Source of the DNA: Callorhinchus milii
Taxonomy: Eukaryota
Assembly (NCBI RefSeq): GCF_018977255.1
Contig: NW_024704742.1
Span: 86,244,001-86,308,000, forward strand
DNA length: 64,000 nucleotides
Direction: 5' to 3'
Below the pieces are notes generated by a model. The model was given only the letters and a program-made list of their open reading frames with translations, did no database searches and had not been told where the DNA came from. The translations under genes and the position numbers were made by a program. Positions 52,992 to 64,000 of this stretch are shown one piece after another. Positions within the stretch are counted from its first letter, which is position 1; every line of letters starts with the position of its first letter.

Positions 52992-53120
52992 ATGGCGTAC
53001 ATTGGCTACTTGATGCTTTTTAACTACATTGTTCTGGTGAAGATGGATGTGTGGCCTTCAGTGCAGGAGTGGATAGTTATCTCTTATATCTTCACACTTG
53101 GTATAGAGAAGATGCGAGAG
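52992..53120 (+). CDS. TRPM3: TRPM3 exon (~ex22), 129 nt, S1-S2: [43 protein letters not shown]
   Basis: aaacag| acceptor, |gtaagg donor. Confidence 0.97.
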
Positions 53121-53344
53121 GTAAGGAAAGCAGTTTTAAAAGCAGATGTTCTTATTGCCAATGAACCCCCATGTGTCACCAGATCCAGTTATCTCCTGTA
53201 CACAATTCAAAAAAGACCCAGTGCTAAATCACAGAGAGACATGACAAGCTGGTTAAGTTAGCAATGCTCATAGAACTGGGAGGAAAAGTGGCATGTGATA
53301 CAATCACCAGTGATAATTATCACATTGGCCAAAAATGTTGTCAA

Positions 53345-53762
53345 AAGCCATCCAAAAGGCTGTGGATGCTGGATCAATTCAAATTTTTAAGACTGAGGTG
53401 GATAGATTTTTTAGATAAGGGTATCTAGATATATAGAGCAAAGGTGAGTAAATGGAGTTGAGTTTCAAATCAGCCATGATGTACTAGAGTGGCAGATCAG
53501 GCTCGAGGGGCTGAACATCCTACTCCTGTACCTATATTCCTATGTTCCTATATCCAATAGTTAGCACTGGTTTCAGAGATGACCCAACCCCAAACCTGCA
53601 GACTAGGAGCGGGACTCCTTTATTTCTAAAGCATAGAGGGATTAAAGGATATGGGGATAGGGCGGGTAAATGGAATTAGGTTAGAAGATCAGTCATGATC
53701 TTATTAAATGGCGACACAGGCTTGAATGGCCTACTCCTGCTCCTACGTCTTATGGTCTTATG
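53345..53762 (+). mobile_element. Two CR1 3'UTR fragments (53345-53550, 53620-53762)
   Basis: Match the 30740-30935 CR1 3' end (aaggctgtggatgct, agaagatcag.catgatcttat, ggcctactcctgctcct). Confidence 0.8.
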
Positions 53763-53849
53763 GACTGCAAACATTCAGTATAGACCAGTGTTAATGCTTT
53801 AAATTTAGAGCATTTCGACTGCACTGACTAAAATCTTTGCTTCGATTAG

Positions 53850-54101
53850 ATCCTCATGTCAGAGCCTGGGAAACTGTTGCAAAAGGTGAAGGTCTGGCTG
53901 CAGGAATACTGGAACATTACAGATCTCATGGCCATCCTGCTTTTTTCTGTGGGAATGGTGCTGCGCCTGCAGGAACAGCCGTACATGAGCTACGGGCGGG
54001 TCATCTACTGTGTTGACATCATTTACTGGTACATTCGTCTGTTAGATATTTTCGGGGTCAACAAGTACCTTGGACCTTATGTCATGATGATTGGAAAAAT
54101 G
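53850..54101 (+). CDS. TRPM3: TRPM3 exon (~ex23), 252 nt, S3-S4 and S4-S5 linker: [12 protein letters not shown]...[25 protein letters not shown]
   Basis: gattag| acceptor, |gtaaga donor. Confidence 0.97.
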
Positions 54102-54764
54102 GTAAGAGACAAATGGTTGTTTAATCAGCATTCACTGTGCATGACTGCAGCTTGAGTTGAAATAACATATAGTGTATGTAATGTTTTGTTATATGCAAAA
54201 GTACAATACTTGTATGGATCCAGTTCTGCTAATAGCAACTAAGGTAACGTACTTATTTCCAGGCTCTCTGATGCAAAGTCGTGTACCAGAATGTGAATGA
54301 ATGCCAGACCAATTTCTGAAGCCAATTTCATCCGAGTAGAGTTTGGGTAAAGTTCCCTTGATTTTAGTTGTGTAGTCTTTAGGGTATGGTCATTGACACT
54401 CCAAGTTACTTCTGTTACATTTAAGGACAGAATTCCGGAACTGACCTGGGCAATTTATTGAAATCATGCAATCTGCGGCCACATGTATACACAGTATGAA
54501 ATTAAAGTCCTGTATATTTGGAATTGGAATCTGCACATAGGTTGTTGCAGTGAAGCAGATATGAACCCATCAAAGGCTTTTTCCAATGCTCATTTGGTAA
54601 GGTCACTGCCCCATGCAAAACAGAGCCATACATAGCTGGAAGCTGTCCGGTTACATTCGTGGCTTGTGATAAGAGTTAGCTGATCTCAGCCCAGGTTCGA
54701 AATTTGACCTCAGTGACTTTGGGTTAGGGAGGGGGAATGTCACCCAGTGCCCCTGTTCATGGTC

Positions 54765-55080
54765 AGTTCGATTCCCAGGCAGGGCAAAATCTTAGGCAAG
54801 TTTCTTTATTCCACACGCCTCTGTTTATCTTGCAGTAAGTAGGAATACAGTTGTTAGTCAATTGGCTGATTGCTTTCCAGGGGTAATAGTTCCTCCAAAA
54901 ATAAAAAAAATTTAAAAATCATTTGGTCACTCAATCTATGAGTTTGTGGGACACTGCTGTACACAATTGGCTTCTGCGTTTCGCCCACAAAATATACAAT
55001 CAATTCACTTTACAGTATATTCTGTGAAGCTCTTTGAGACATCTCGAAGACGTGATAAGGATTATTATTATCATTATTAT
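54765..55080 (+). mobile_element. Young tRNA-SINE, long form, 5'-truncated
   Basis: gttcgattcccaggcagggc...cctctgtttatcttgcagtaag...Deu-type body; explains the spurious N-terminus of ORF 54946..55389. Confidence 0.88.
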
Positions 55081-55206
55081 GCAATGAGCCCTTCCCTCCC
55101 TCCACTGAAAACAGGCCTGTTCAGGGACTGTGTGAGGACAGGATTTAGTTCAGTCTTGAAACTCCCAGAGAGGAAGCTGACTCCACTTTTTCCCCACTTT
55201 TTGCAG

Positions 55207-55381
55207 ATGATTGACATGATGTACTTCGTTATCATCATGCTGGTGATTCTGATGAGCTTTGGGGTGGCTCGACAAGCAATCCTCCATCCAAATGAAGACC
55301 CCTCCTGGAGACTGGCAAGAAACATCTTCTACATGCCCTACTGGATGATCTACGGAGAAGTATTTGCAGATCAGATAGATC
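55207..55381 (+). CDS. TRPM3: TRPM3 exon (~ex24), 175 nt, S5 and pore helix/filter: [26 protein letters not shown]...[15 protein letters not shown](P)
   Basis: ttgcag| acceptor, |gtgagt donor; selectivity filter IYGEVFAD. Confidence 0.97.
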
Positions 55382-58179
55382 GTGAGTAATTCTTGCTGCA
55401 CAAACCTAGTCCCTTTAAAGTCGTCGCAGAGGATGAGACACAATCTAAAAGGATTTTATTTGTGGGAAAGTTTCAGTCACAACCTGAACAAGCTCCTATG
55501 TTAAAGGCCACTTCCCATGGTTGCATCTGTTTACACCCCCATGGCCACACGAAAATCAATGCACATTCATGAACTGATTGTAGGATCGAAAGGGCACTCA
55601 GGGTTCGGTTATGTGAAGGAATCATAGAATTAGTTGGTGGTACAGTACAGAATTTCTCAATGTCAGTGTTTGCTTCTGGTAGGTGCATTTTTGTGGAGCC
55701 TTTTAGCATAGTGAATGGTGCGTGATAAGGCGCTATCTCAAATGCAAGGATTAACATTAATAATTTGTGCATCCCGAGTGCAGACAATAGAAAACCAGCC
55801 TCACCTTCAACCAGTGTGTCAACCAGTCCAACAAGGAGATTATTGCCTTCAGCGTATATCCGTAGCATAAGTACTCTAGTTACTGTGGGACCCGACGCTG
55901 TAGTGACGGTAAGGTGAGGAGGTGATGAGGCTGCTGAAAAGATACACAGGACATTTTGCTACACTGTGGATTGACTGAAACTTCAACTAGATCCAGAAGC
56001 CAAGAGCTCCCCCCACTGGCTAGGTCAGTAAATGCACATCACAAGGATGAAAAGACTGGAAAACTGGAGGTTTAATTCCCCACCTCTTTTTCCTTCTTGT
56101 CTTTTCCTGAATTAGTTGACCTCAGTCCAGCCATTGCTACAATTGGCCTCAGTGCTGCTAGGTCCTTTGGGTTAGTGAAAAGAAGGTCAACCAAGGTATC
56201 ACTCCTGATCACACCCTCATTGTGTCAGGGGCTCTACATTTAGTCAACCAAAAGAAATGAAACCTACTTAAAAACCTAATTAACACAGGCTCAGGATTGT
56301 GAAGAGCAATTTTAGACTAGTCACCAGGAAGTATTACTTACCCAGATGGTTATCAACAGCCAGGACAAGGGAGATTAAAATATTTAATAAACAGATAAAC
56401 AGAACAGGTTGCACCACCTCCTGTTGTTCCTATGGCTCCAACAGCTGCAAGTGGTCATTAGTAAGTGCAGTTGAGCCCAGATCACTAGATTTATTTAAGA
56501 AACATCTGGGTTATGCAATTCAAGATGGTGGGTTGGTGGGGATTCTGGAACGTTGAGGTCAAATAAGTTGCTGGGACTTCTTCATCCAAACTTGGTTTAT
56601 CAAATCTGTCAGTCAGTTTGTATTCTGAGCAGACTGTATTCCAGTGTTTCAAACAACTTTACTTTTGTCATTTTCTGGAAGATTGTGAAGTTATCCATCC
56701 CTGTTTTTTAATTTCTGACTTTTACCCCTTTATTATTTTGTGCCACTGTGATCGACAGCACGTGGAACTCCATTTTCATCTCGTGCAAAACGTCCACTCT
56801 TTAGGTTTGTTGAACAGCTTTTACGTTACTTCATTCTTCTCAGTCTGCATTTTCAAGCATTTCAGAACTTTTATTTTGAATTTTTATCACACCCTGTGTT
56901 CTGGGGGAGAGGGATGGGGGCACGACTGCCCAGCCCAGTTGACTGCTTTCTACTATACATTACCTCAGCTCTGAAACAGTGGAATATTTGAATATAAGGC
57001 TTGCCTGACTGCAGAGTCAATATGGTGTGCGCAGATGATTGGGTGCAAAGTTAAACAATGCTGGCCAGATATCTTTTTCCATCTTATTGCTGACGTGGTT
57101 CTTTTCCCTCCTTAAACAAATCCAATAACCGAATGAGGGAGATTGATTGTAATCAGATTATCATCAGGGTTTTTTAGATGAATGTTTGTGCTTTGTAAAA
57201 ATGATTAATTGTTAATATGGGTAATCAAAACATTCTCCAACTTTGGGCACCATGTGAGGGTTGCTGTTTTTTCATTTTGTGTTTGGTTCACCTGGCAATA
57301 CAGAGGATACATGAAATCGATCATGACTTCTACATAAATAAGCTTCCTTGTTTTGCAATAGAATTCGGTGAACATCGATATTTGTTGCATTTTCCACAAT
57401 TCAACATAAATTAATTCCTATTGCTAAGCAATATTTTATTTTAATACATTTGTATCATGTTTTGGACTACAAAAATGGCTGATTACAGGCCTTCAGGTCA
57501 TTGCGGACATCACCTCCTGAGCTATGTACTGGCTGTGCCTCTGACATTATTTCCTGGTCATCACCAGTTTTGTAGTTGTAAAAATCAATAATAAAAAATT
57601 GAAAATAATTGTATGGATCCATTATACCAGTAACTAACTGAGACATGGAAGTGGACAAGGCAAAAGTTTCATCAAATGCCTGAAACTCCACCTAGCCTTA
57701 GCCTGTAAAACTATTTTGTCTTGAAATGTAATACTATTGTGCAACATATGGCAAATTCATAAATTCTGAATGAATCTGAATCTGGAATTTGGTTCTTTTT
57801 GAGAACTGTGGAAAACCAGCTTCCAAATTAACACTAAGTTTGAGAACTTTCACCTCTCTGCACAATCTTAAGACACAAATGATCTTAAGGCTAAGATTGG
57901 GTGAATCTTTGGGCCTCTTGTATCTAGGTCAAGTGAAGACAAGATTGAGATTCCACAGTCAAATAAGGTGTGGTCACAGAGGTATTTTTGAGATGGGCCT
58001 TAAATGTGGGGAGAATGGGATGGAGGGAGTCAGAGAGACTCCGGGATGGAGTTTCAGAGAGCAGGAGAACAGCTGGAATGGATGGAAAATGGAATTGAAA
58101 AAAAGGTTTGTTAAACACTTTTTCATGATGGCAACACCTGGTGGTTATATGTTGTGTATATACAATATATGTATTATTT

Positions 58180-58810
58180 TCCTCCACCTTCATCACATTA
58201 CCCAATTCTACCACTACCTCTCCCCTTGGCCACCAAGACCATGTTGTCATCACGTCCATGCTAGATTATGCCAACTCTCTGCCCATTGGACACCCCACTT
58301 CACAAGCTGCAGATCATCCCAAACTTTGCAGTTTCTGTCATTTTTTGCACTCGGCTCCATGAGGTTATTACCTCCTGTTTTGCCTCGCTCACCATCCCCC
58401 AGCGGATCGAGTTCAAGATCCTCGTCCTCACCTTTAAATTCCTGCATGGTGTTCCCCACACTACTTCTGCAACCTTTTCAAACTCTAACAACCCTGCTCC
58501 TTCCACTCAGCGGGCACCAGACTGCTTCACATCCCCCACCCTACCAGCCCACTATTGATGGTTGGGCTTTTGGCCTATCTGCCTCCACTCTCTGAAACGC
58601 CATCCCAAAATCCTTTTGCCTCACCACATCCCTCGCCTCCTTCAAGGTCCATCTCAAGACCTTCCTCTTTGACCATGTTTTCAGCCCCTTTCCCCTCCCT
58701 CACCCTTCTCACCCTTGGGTCTCAATCCCTGCTTGGGTACAAACGCTGGACTTTTGAGCACCTTGGAACATCCTCCCAACTTGAAAGTCACAATATAAAT
58801 GTAAATTTGT
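58180..58810 (+). mobile_element. L2 3' fragment
   Basis: LDYANSL, LHKLQII, QRIEFKILVLTFK, PTIDGWAF motifs; makes up part of ORF 57789..58595. Confidence 0.82.
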
Positions 58811-59039
58811 ACTGTATTGTGTATTCATACATTCCCGACGATATTCCAATTTTGCCATTCTGCTGATGAATACAAGAGCTGTTTTTTTTGTTTACAATTT
58901 GCTAGGCAAAAGAAGACCAAGGTACATCTAGTTTGCTTTCCACCATCCTGGCAGTTGCTTGATATGTCATGTCCAAGCTATATACAGTATCCCAAGATAT
59001 CATTTTCTAGCAGAAATCTATCTAATTTGTTCTTGAAGC

Positions 59040-59410
59040 AAATGACATGTTCTGCTTCTACTTCTCCCTAGGGAACCTGTTCCACAAGTTTACTAATTGC
59101 TCACTGCGTTTCCGCAGTAAATTTCTGCAGATTTGTTCTGAATTTATCCCCATTCAATCATAGGCCGTGTCCTCTGGTTCTACTGTTCAGTACAAGGTAC
59201 AACAGTTTATCATTGTCTAGATTAGCTATTCCTTCAGCATCTTAAAGACCATAATCATCTCGCCCCTCAACCTTCTCTTCAGTATGTTATGTTATGTTAA
59301 CATGCCCAATTTATCTAATCGCTCCTCATAGTCCAGTCCCTCCAACCCCTCAATCATTTTGGTTGCCCTCCTATGTATCATCTTAATCGCTGCAATATCC
59401 TCCCTTAGCC
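59040..59410 (-). mobile_element. Degenerate CR1-type ORF2 3' fragment
   Basis: Reverse strand reads YEERLDKLG...KRRLRGEMIMVFK-like. Confidence 0.65.
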
Positions 59411-59556
59411 ATGTTTAAACCTGCCGAGCCCACTCTGATGAGACTTCTCAATCGCATAAAATTGGTCTTCTCAAAATTTGGCAATTTGTTTTTGTTTTTA
59501 TAATCTCACCAATCTGTGTAATACCAAATGTAATAACCTGTAGTGGTTAGATTGTC

Positions 59557-59750
59557 GAGTCCTGTAGTTCAGTGGTTAGAGCACTCCCCTCCCCCCCCTA
59601 ATTGCGCACATTGCTGTGCGCAATTAGCTGCCATGTTGTGCCCATAAATATACAGTCAATTCATTTTACAGTGTATTCTTTGAAGCACTTTGAGTCATCT
59701 AGAAGACATGAAAAGCGCTATATCAAATTCAACAATTATTTTTATTTTAT
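59557..59750 (+). mobile_element. Internally deleted young SINE
   Basis: gagtcctgtagttcagtggttagagcactc joined to tgctgtgcgcaattagctgcc...gcgctatatcaaatt. Confidence 0.8.
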
Positions 59751-60247
59751 TGTGATCACTGTTGCTTAATTCCTCACCCACCTTTTGCAGGTTTGATCAT
59801 CCCTGTTAGTCATAACAAATCCAAAATATTATTTCCCCCTGTTGGCTCCTTCACAAACGGAGTCATAAAACACTGTTCCTTTAACTCTAGAAATTCGTTC
59901 CCAATCTTACCAATAGAAATTTTTTTATCCCAATCAATTCTCCAACTACTATGGTTGGTCGCTTACCAGTCACCTTCCTTATTTCATCCCCAGTTCCAGA
60001 ACAAGGCTATCATCCTGGCCTGGGGGGTTCTATAGAAACCCCCCAATAATAGTTTACCTCTGTTGCCATCTATTAATTATATCCAAAGTGGTATATGATG
60101 TCAATTTTCTGGTATATTGTCCTCTCTGTGTAGAAATGAGCCAAGACCTGACAACTCCACCCTCCTCTTGCAGAGAATTGAATCAATACCAGTATAGATT
60201 TTAGTACTATGTAAACCTCCTGCTGTAACTTATCTTTTTTATTCTAG

Positions 60248-60389
60248 CTCCGTGTGGAGTTGGGTTGACAGAAGATGGAAAGCCTTTACCTCCCTGTATA
60301 ACAGGAGCATGGATTATTCCAGCTATAATGGCGTGTTACCTCTTAGTTGCGAACATTCTGCTGGTGAACCTCCTGATAGCAGTGTTCAA
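60248..60389 (+). CDS. TRPM3: TRPM3 exon (~ex25), 142 nt, outer pore and S6: (P)[46 protein letters not shown](N)
   Basis: ttctag| acceptor, |gtaagt donor; NLLIAVF gate motif; this frame is not in the ORF track. Confidence 0.96.
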
Positions 60390-61569
60390 GTAAGTAATGT
60401 GACTCATGTTACTAAGTTTTCAAATAAATCCCGAAGGATTATGAGAATTTAACAAAGAGTGAACAAGAAGATTATAGTGTGACAAGAAGCTAAAAGAACT
60501 TGCAATTATAGCTTGGACCTTATTTGAGCAAAAAAGAGAGAGTTCAGGTACATATATGAGAAGAAACTTGTGGTGTATGACGTAACAATTTTTCACCATT
60601 AATAATCACACCACTCACTGTATTTTGACTCCATATAAATTAACAGATAATATGGAGCTGTCTTTCTGTCTTTTTTTTGCTCCCTTCCTTTTCTCTCGGT
60701 CTATGTTTGTTTCGTCTTTCTTGTTGATAATGGGGTAAGTGGCTGCAGGGAGAGAAGGCTCCTTCCTACGCTGATCTGTTGCTGAGCACCCTGAGTCAGA
60801 TGCAGCTTCATGGCAGGCACATCTGTTTGCCAAATGGCACATGAGGACATGAATTAAGTAATTAGGGATGAGTACTTGCAATTGGACTTGAACTTTGAGA
60901 ACATCAAGGTGGCTGGCACATCACAAGCTGTCCTGTAAAGGTCCTCCCACCATGCTCAAGGCAGACATCCATCAAATAGCTGATGAGTAAACTCTGAGGC
61001 TTGGGATTAAAGCTGCTGGAAGGTGTTACCGGGAGTCTGAGTTCGTGATCACAAGTTCATATAACTGAGGCTTGGTATACATCTTGATTGTTATGTAGGG
61101 AGGAAAGTAGTTGCTGCTCAAGCTCCACACTTCCAATTGGTTAAACCATTACTTAATGGGAAGGGATGTGTATCTGAGCAGGAAGATGGTAGCAATACTC
61201 TCATGCATTTCATGCTGAGTTAGTTTGCCCACCAGGAAGCTCACAGCGACCTACCATCCACCTAATCAGGATGTGAAAAGGCCAATTAGTGCCTATCCTC
61301 CGTTGTTCTGCTGCCTTGCCATATATGAAATTATTGTTCTGATTTTACTGTCTCAATCCCATTTAAAATCTCTAATACTCTTCCAAGACATCTATTTTCA
61401 AAGCTGGCTGATCTAATCATTGCTCATAGCATATTGTTAGAAAATAAAATCAGCCATAATCCGTTTGCAACCAGATATCAGACTGTTTTATTATTATTTG
61501 TTCGTTATTCCCCAATATCCCGATGGGTCAGACCAAAGGCTGGTACAATCAACTGATCTTATGACAGAA

Positions 61570-61670
61570 CAATAGCACCGTAGATATCTCAAGTTCAACA
61601 CTGTGTCTTTATAGCACACAATACCACCATAGATATCTCGAGTTCAACACTGTGTCTTTACAGCACACAA
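61570..61670 (+). repeat. Tandem duplication, 49-bp period, 2 copies
   Basis: tagatatctc(a/g)agttcaacactgtgtcttta(t/c)agcacacaa twice. Confidence 0.93.
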
Positions 61671-62504
61671 GCTTGATTCTTCATGCTTTCAGTCTTCTTG
61701 CTTACAGCTTTCAATCTTCCGTCTGATATCCTCAGTCTTAGTGTTTCTAGTCTTCCATCTCCCATACCCTTGTCTCCGCGACCCGGGACGGCCCCGTTCA
61801 CAAAGTTAACGGAACTCTTATACCGATGTTCGTCCAATCATGGTGCGGACATTAGGTCACTGGGCCAAAATCATGCTGGGTTCACGTGAACACCTCATGG
61901 GGTGTACGTGCCTCAGCACACATACACATTGTCCTTAATTGTCTAAGATAGAGGATTGATCAGTTTAGGGCTGTATCTGGTGCTCATTATTTTGTGGTGT
62001 GGGATCATTAGTACATTCCTTTTAAGTGACTGGTTATTTCTTATCAGTATCCCAGGATGGTACCAAGGTCCTCCAGTTTAAGCAACTTGCTCATTAGCTG
62101 CTGTTCTTGAGGGTTGCCTTTTGTTGCTCTTGAGTGTTAATCATGAGTGTCAGTCCAGTTGCCCCCCACACTTAACTTAAAAGTTAACCCATTCGCAATA
62201 TCTATTATGATTCTAACATTATACAAAAAGTGTAAATTCTAACAATATTCCTCTCTAACACTGGGGATCAACCTTGTTACTGTCCTCTAGGGCTTGAGGA
62301 GTCCTGTTATCTAGGTGATCAGAGCAGTGTTCCAGGTGCAGCATGACTAGGGAGGGCACTGTTCACTAAGGCTGAAAAGAGTAGAGGAGAAAGAATGACA
62401 ATGTGGTTAGATGAGGTGAAACTTTCTTGATAAAAGCCTATAAAATACTTACTTTTCGTGACATCCATCAAGAGGTGTTTTATGGGGTAGAACAATCCAA
62501 GCGA

Positions 62505-62874
62505 GTGAAGTTGTGATTTGGTTAGAACACTCACCCTGCAAGCGAGAGGGCCCAGGTTCGATTCCTGGACAGGGCAAAACCTTAGGTTCCTTAGTCCACA
62601 CTCCTCTGTTTCCTGAGTAGAAAGTAGGAACTTGGTTCTTAGTGAATTGGCAGATTGCTTTCCGGGTGTAATAATCCCTTCAAATCCATCAATCAATAAA
62701 TAAATAATTAGGTCACTCCACGGATGGTTGTGAGGAACTGCTGTACAAAATTGGCTGCCACATTTCGCCCATAAAATATACAGGCAATTCACTTTACAGT
62801 ATATTCTGTGAAGCACTTTGAGACGTCTCAGCGACATGCTAAATCGCTGTATCAAATGCAAGAATTATTATTAT
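62505..62874 (+). mobile_element. Young tRNA-SINE, long form, ending ~60 nt upstream of the ~ex26 acceptor
   Basis: ggttagaacactcaccctgcaagcgagagggcccaggttcgattcc...tatcaaatgcaagaattattatt. Confidence 0.88.
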
Positions 62875-62935
62875 TTTAACATCCCTCTTTTGAATATCAA
62901 CTGATTGTCGCTTTTGAATTTTGTTCCATTCACAG

Positions 62936-63135
62936 TAACACCTTTTTCGAAGTCAAATCTATTTCCAACCAAGTCTGGAAGTTTCAAAGATACCAGCTGA
63001 TCATGACTTTCCACGAGAGACCTGTCTTGCCACCTCCGCTTATCACTTTCAGTCACATGACTATGGTCTTTCAACATATTTGCTGTCGCTGGAAGAAACA
63101 GGAAAGTGACCAGGAGGACAAAGATTATGGCCTCA
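62936..63135 (+). CDS. TRPM3: TRPM3 exon (~ex26), 200 nt, TRP domain: [35 protein letters not shown]...DKDYGL
   Basis: tcacag| acceptor, |gtaagt donor; TRP box WKFQR. Confidence 0.97.
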
Positions 63136-63839
63136 GTAAGTTGCTTCCCCAACAAGAGCAAATGCTCCTTTCTAAGGTTTTATTTCTTGTTTCATTACCA
63201 ATATCTTGATCAGGAAGGAGAGGTTGCTTTTTAAACCATTATTATCATGTGCTGGAATGTGCCACATTGTTTAAATCTTGCTCAGCCTCCTTCTAGAACA
63301 TAAGAGCAAAGCTAACTGGTTTAATCATTGCTTATAGCATATTCCTCTCTAACACTGGGGATCAACCTTGTTACTATCCTCTACCCTGCCACTGAGGCTT
63401 GGGGATGACAAAAAGACCAAGGACCATCAAGTTCACCTTCCAACTTCCTGGCGGTCACATGCACATATGTCCCGAACTACCTATGTACTATATCCCATAA
63501 TGTTATTTCCTAAAAGAAAATTATCTCATTTGTATTTGAAAGAATCAACACTTCCTGCTTCAACCGAGCCTGTTCCGCAGGTTTACTATTCGCTCGCTTC
63601 TCGTCTCAAAAGGGGTTGAGGTTTCTTTGTGATAGTCAATAGAAACAGAGTGAAACAAACTCTGTCTCTGCTATCCATCATAAGTAAATCAGGACAATCA
63701 ACAGTTTGGTTTATACTGTAGCTTCCGTTCCTGTCCTGTTATTGAATACAGGAGTCGCTACAGAAAGCCGCTACATTTGACAAGAAAGGTTTTGGGTGTT
63801 TATCGCTGCTCTTGCTTCTTCATTCCCTTTCCTCCCCAG

Positions 63840-63972
63840 AACTATTCATCACAGAAGATGAACTGAAGAAGCTGCACGACTTTGAGGAACAATGTATAGA
63901 AGAATACTTTAGAGAAAAGGATGACAGGTTCATTTCCTCCAATGATGAAAGGATAAGAGTCACTGCAGAACG
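63840..63972 (+). CDS. TRPM3: TRPM3 exon (~ex27), 133 nt: (K)[43 protein letters not shown](R)
   Basis: ccccag| acceptor, |gtgggt donor. Confidence 0.96.
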
Positions 63973-64000
63973 GTGGGTATTTATTACATTTGGGGTAAGC

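Larger units (their letters stand above)
62245..63383 (+). repeat. 45-bp direct repeat pair (62245-62289, 63339-63383) flanking the TRP-box exon
   Basis: atattcctctctaacactggggatcaaccttgttact(g/a)tcctcta, 1 mismatch. Confidence 0.93.

Noticed and set aside
54946..55206. N-terminal extension of the S5 exon ORF
   Set aside because: SINE-derived intron sequence upstream of a clear acceptor at 55206.
57789..58595. Longest ORF in the track (268 aa) as a novel protein
   Set aside because: Chance read-through across a fold-back repeat and two L2 remnants, mostly out of the L2 frame; no coherent domain.
61570..61670. CRISPR-like repeat array
   Set aside because: Two adjacent 49-bp copies with no unique spacers, in a vertebrate intron.
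62319..62861. 180-aa antisense ORF
   Set aside because: Largely the reverse strand of a SINE; the same pseudo-peptides recur at other SINE copies.

Overview
Eukaryotic (vertebrate) DNA, not prokaryotic. The whole 64 kb lies inside one + strand gene, TRPM3 (transient receptor potential melastatin 3 cation channel). I traced 18 GT-AG exons in continuous reading frame (2689 nt, 5499-63972), from the MHR region (IGQGVPVV...) through S1-S6 and the TRP box to the start of the C-terminal coiled-coil region. A 19th exon, a 36-nt cassette (REYQAFSWIYFQ), is missed by the ORF track. The start and stop codons lie outside the window. Exon numbers follow the mouse convention from memory and are approximate. 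Introns are filled with a young tRNA-headed SINE with a Deu-type body and (TTA)n tail, an older DeuSINE, L2 and CR1 LINE 3' fragments, a Tc1/mariner-type MITE, Penelope-like palindromes and local duplications. This repeat set suggests a cartilaginous fish, possibly a chimaera (inference). Almost all ORFs in the supplied track are spurious or are LINE remnants. Most worth follow-up: conserved versus missing TRPM3 splice options (both cassette exons present, long-pore extension blocked by a stop); a shortened pore turret without the N-glycosylation sequon; a candidate unannotated 12-nt microexon; an 81-nt pre-miRNA-like intronic hairpin; a 69-bp inverted repeat; and repeated antisense SINE-in-SINE nesting. 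No wholly new biological system can be demonstrated from sequence alone.
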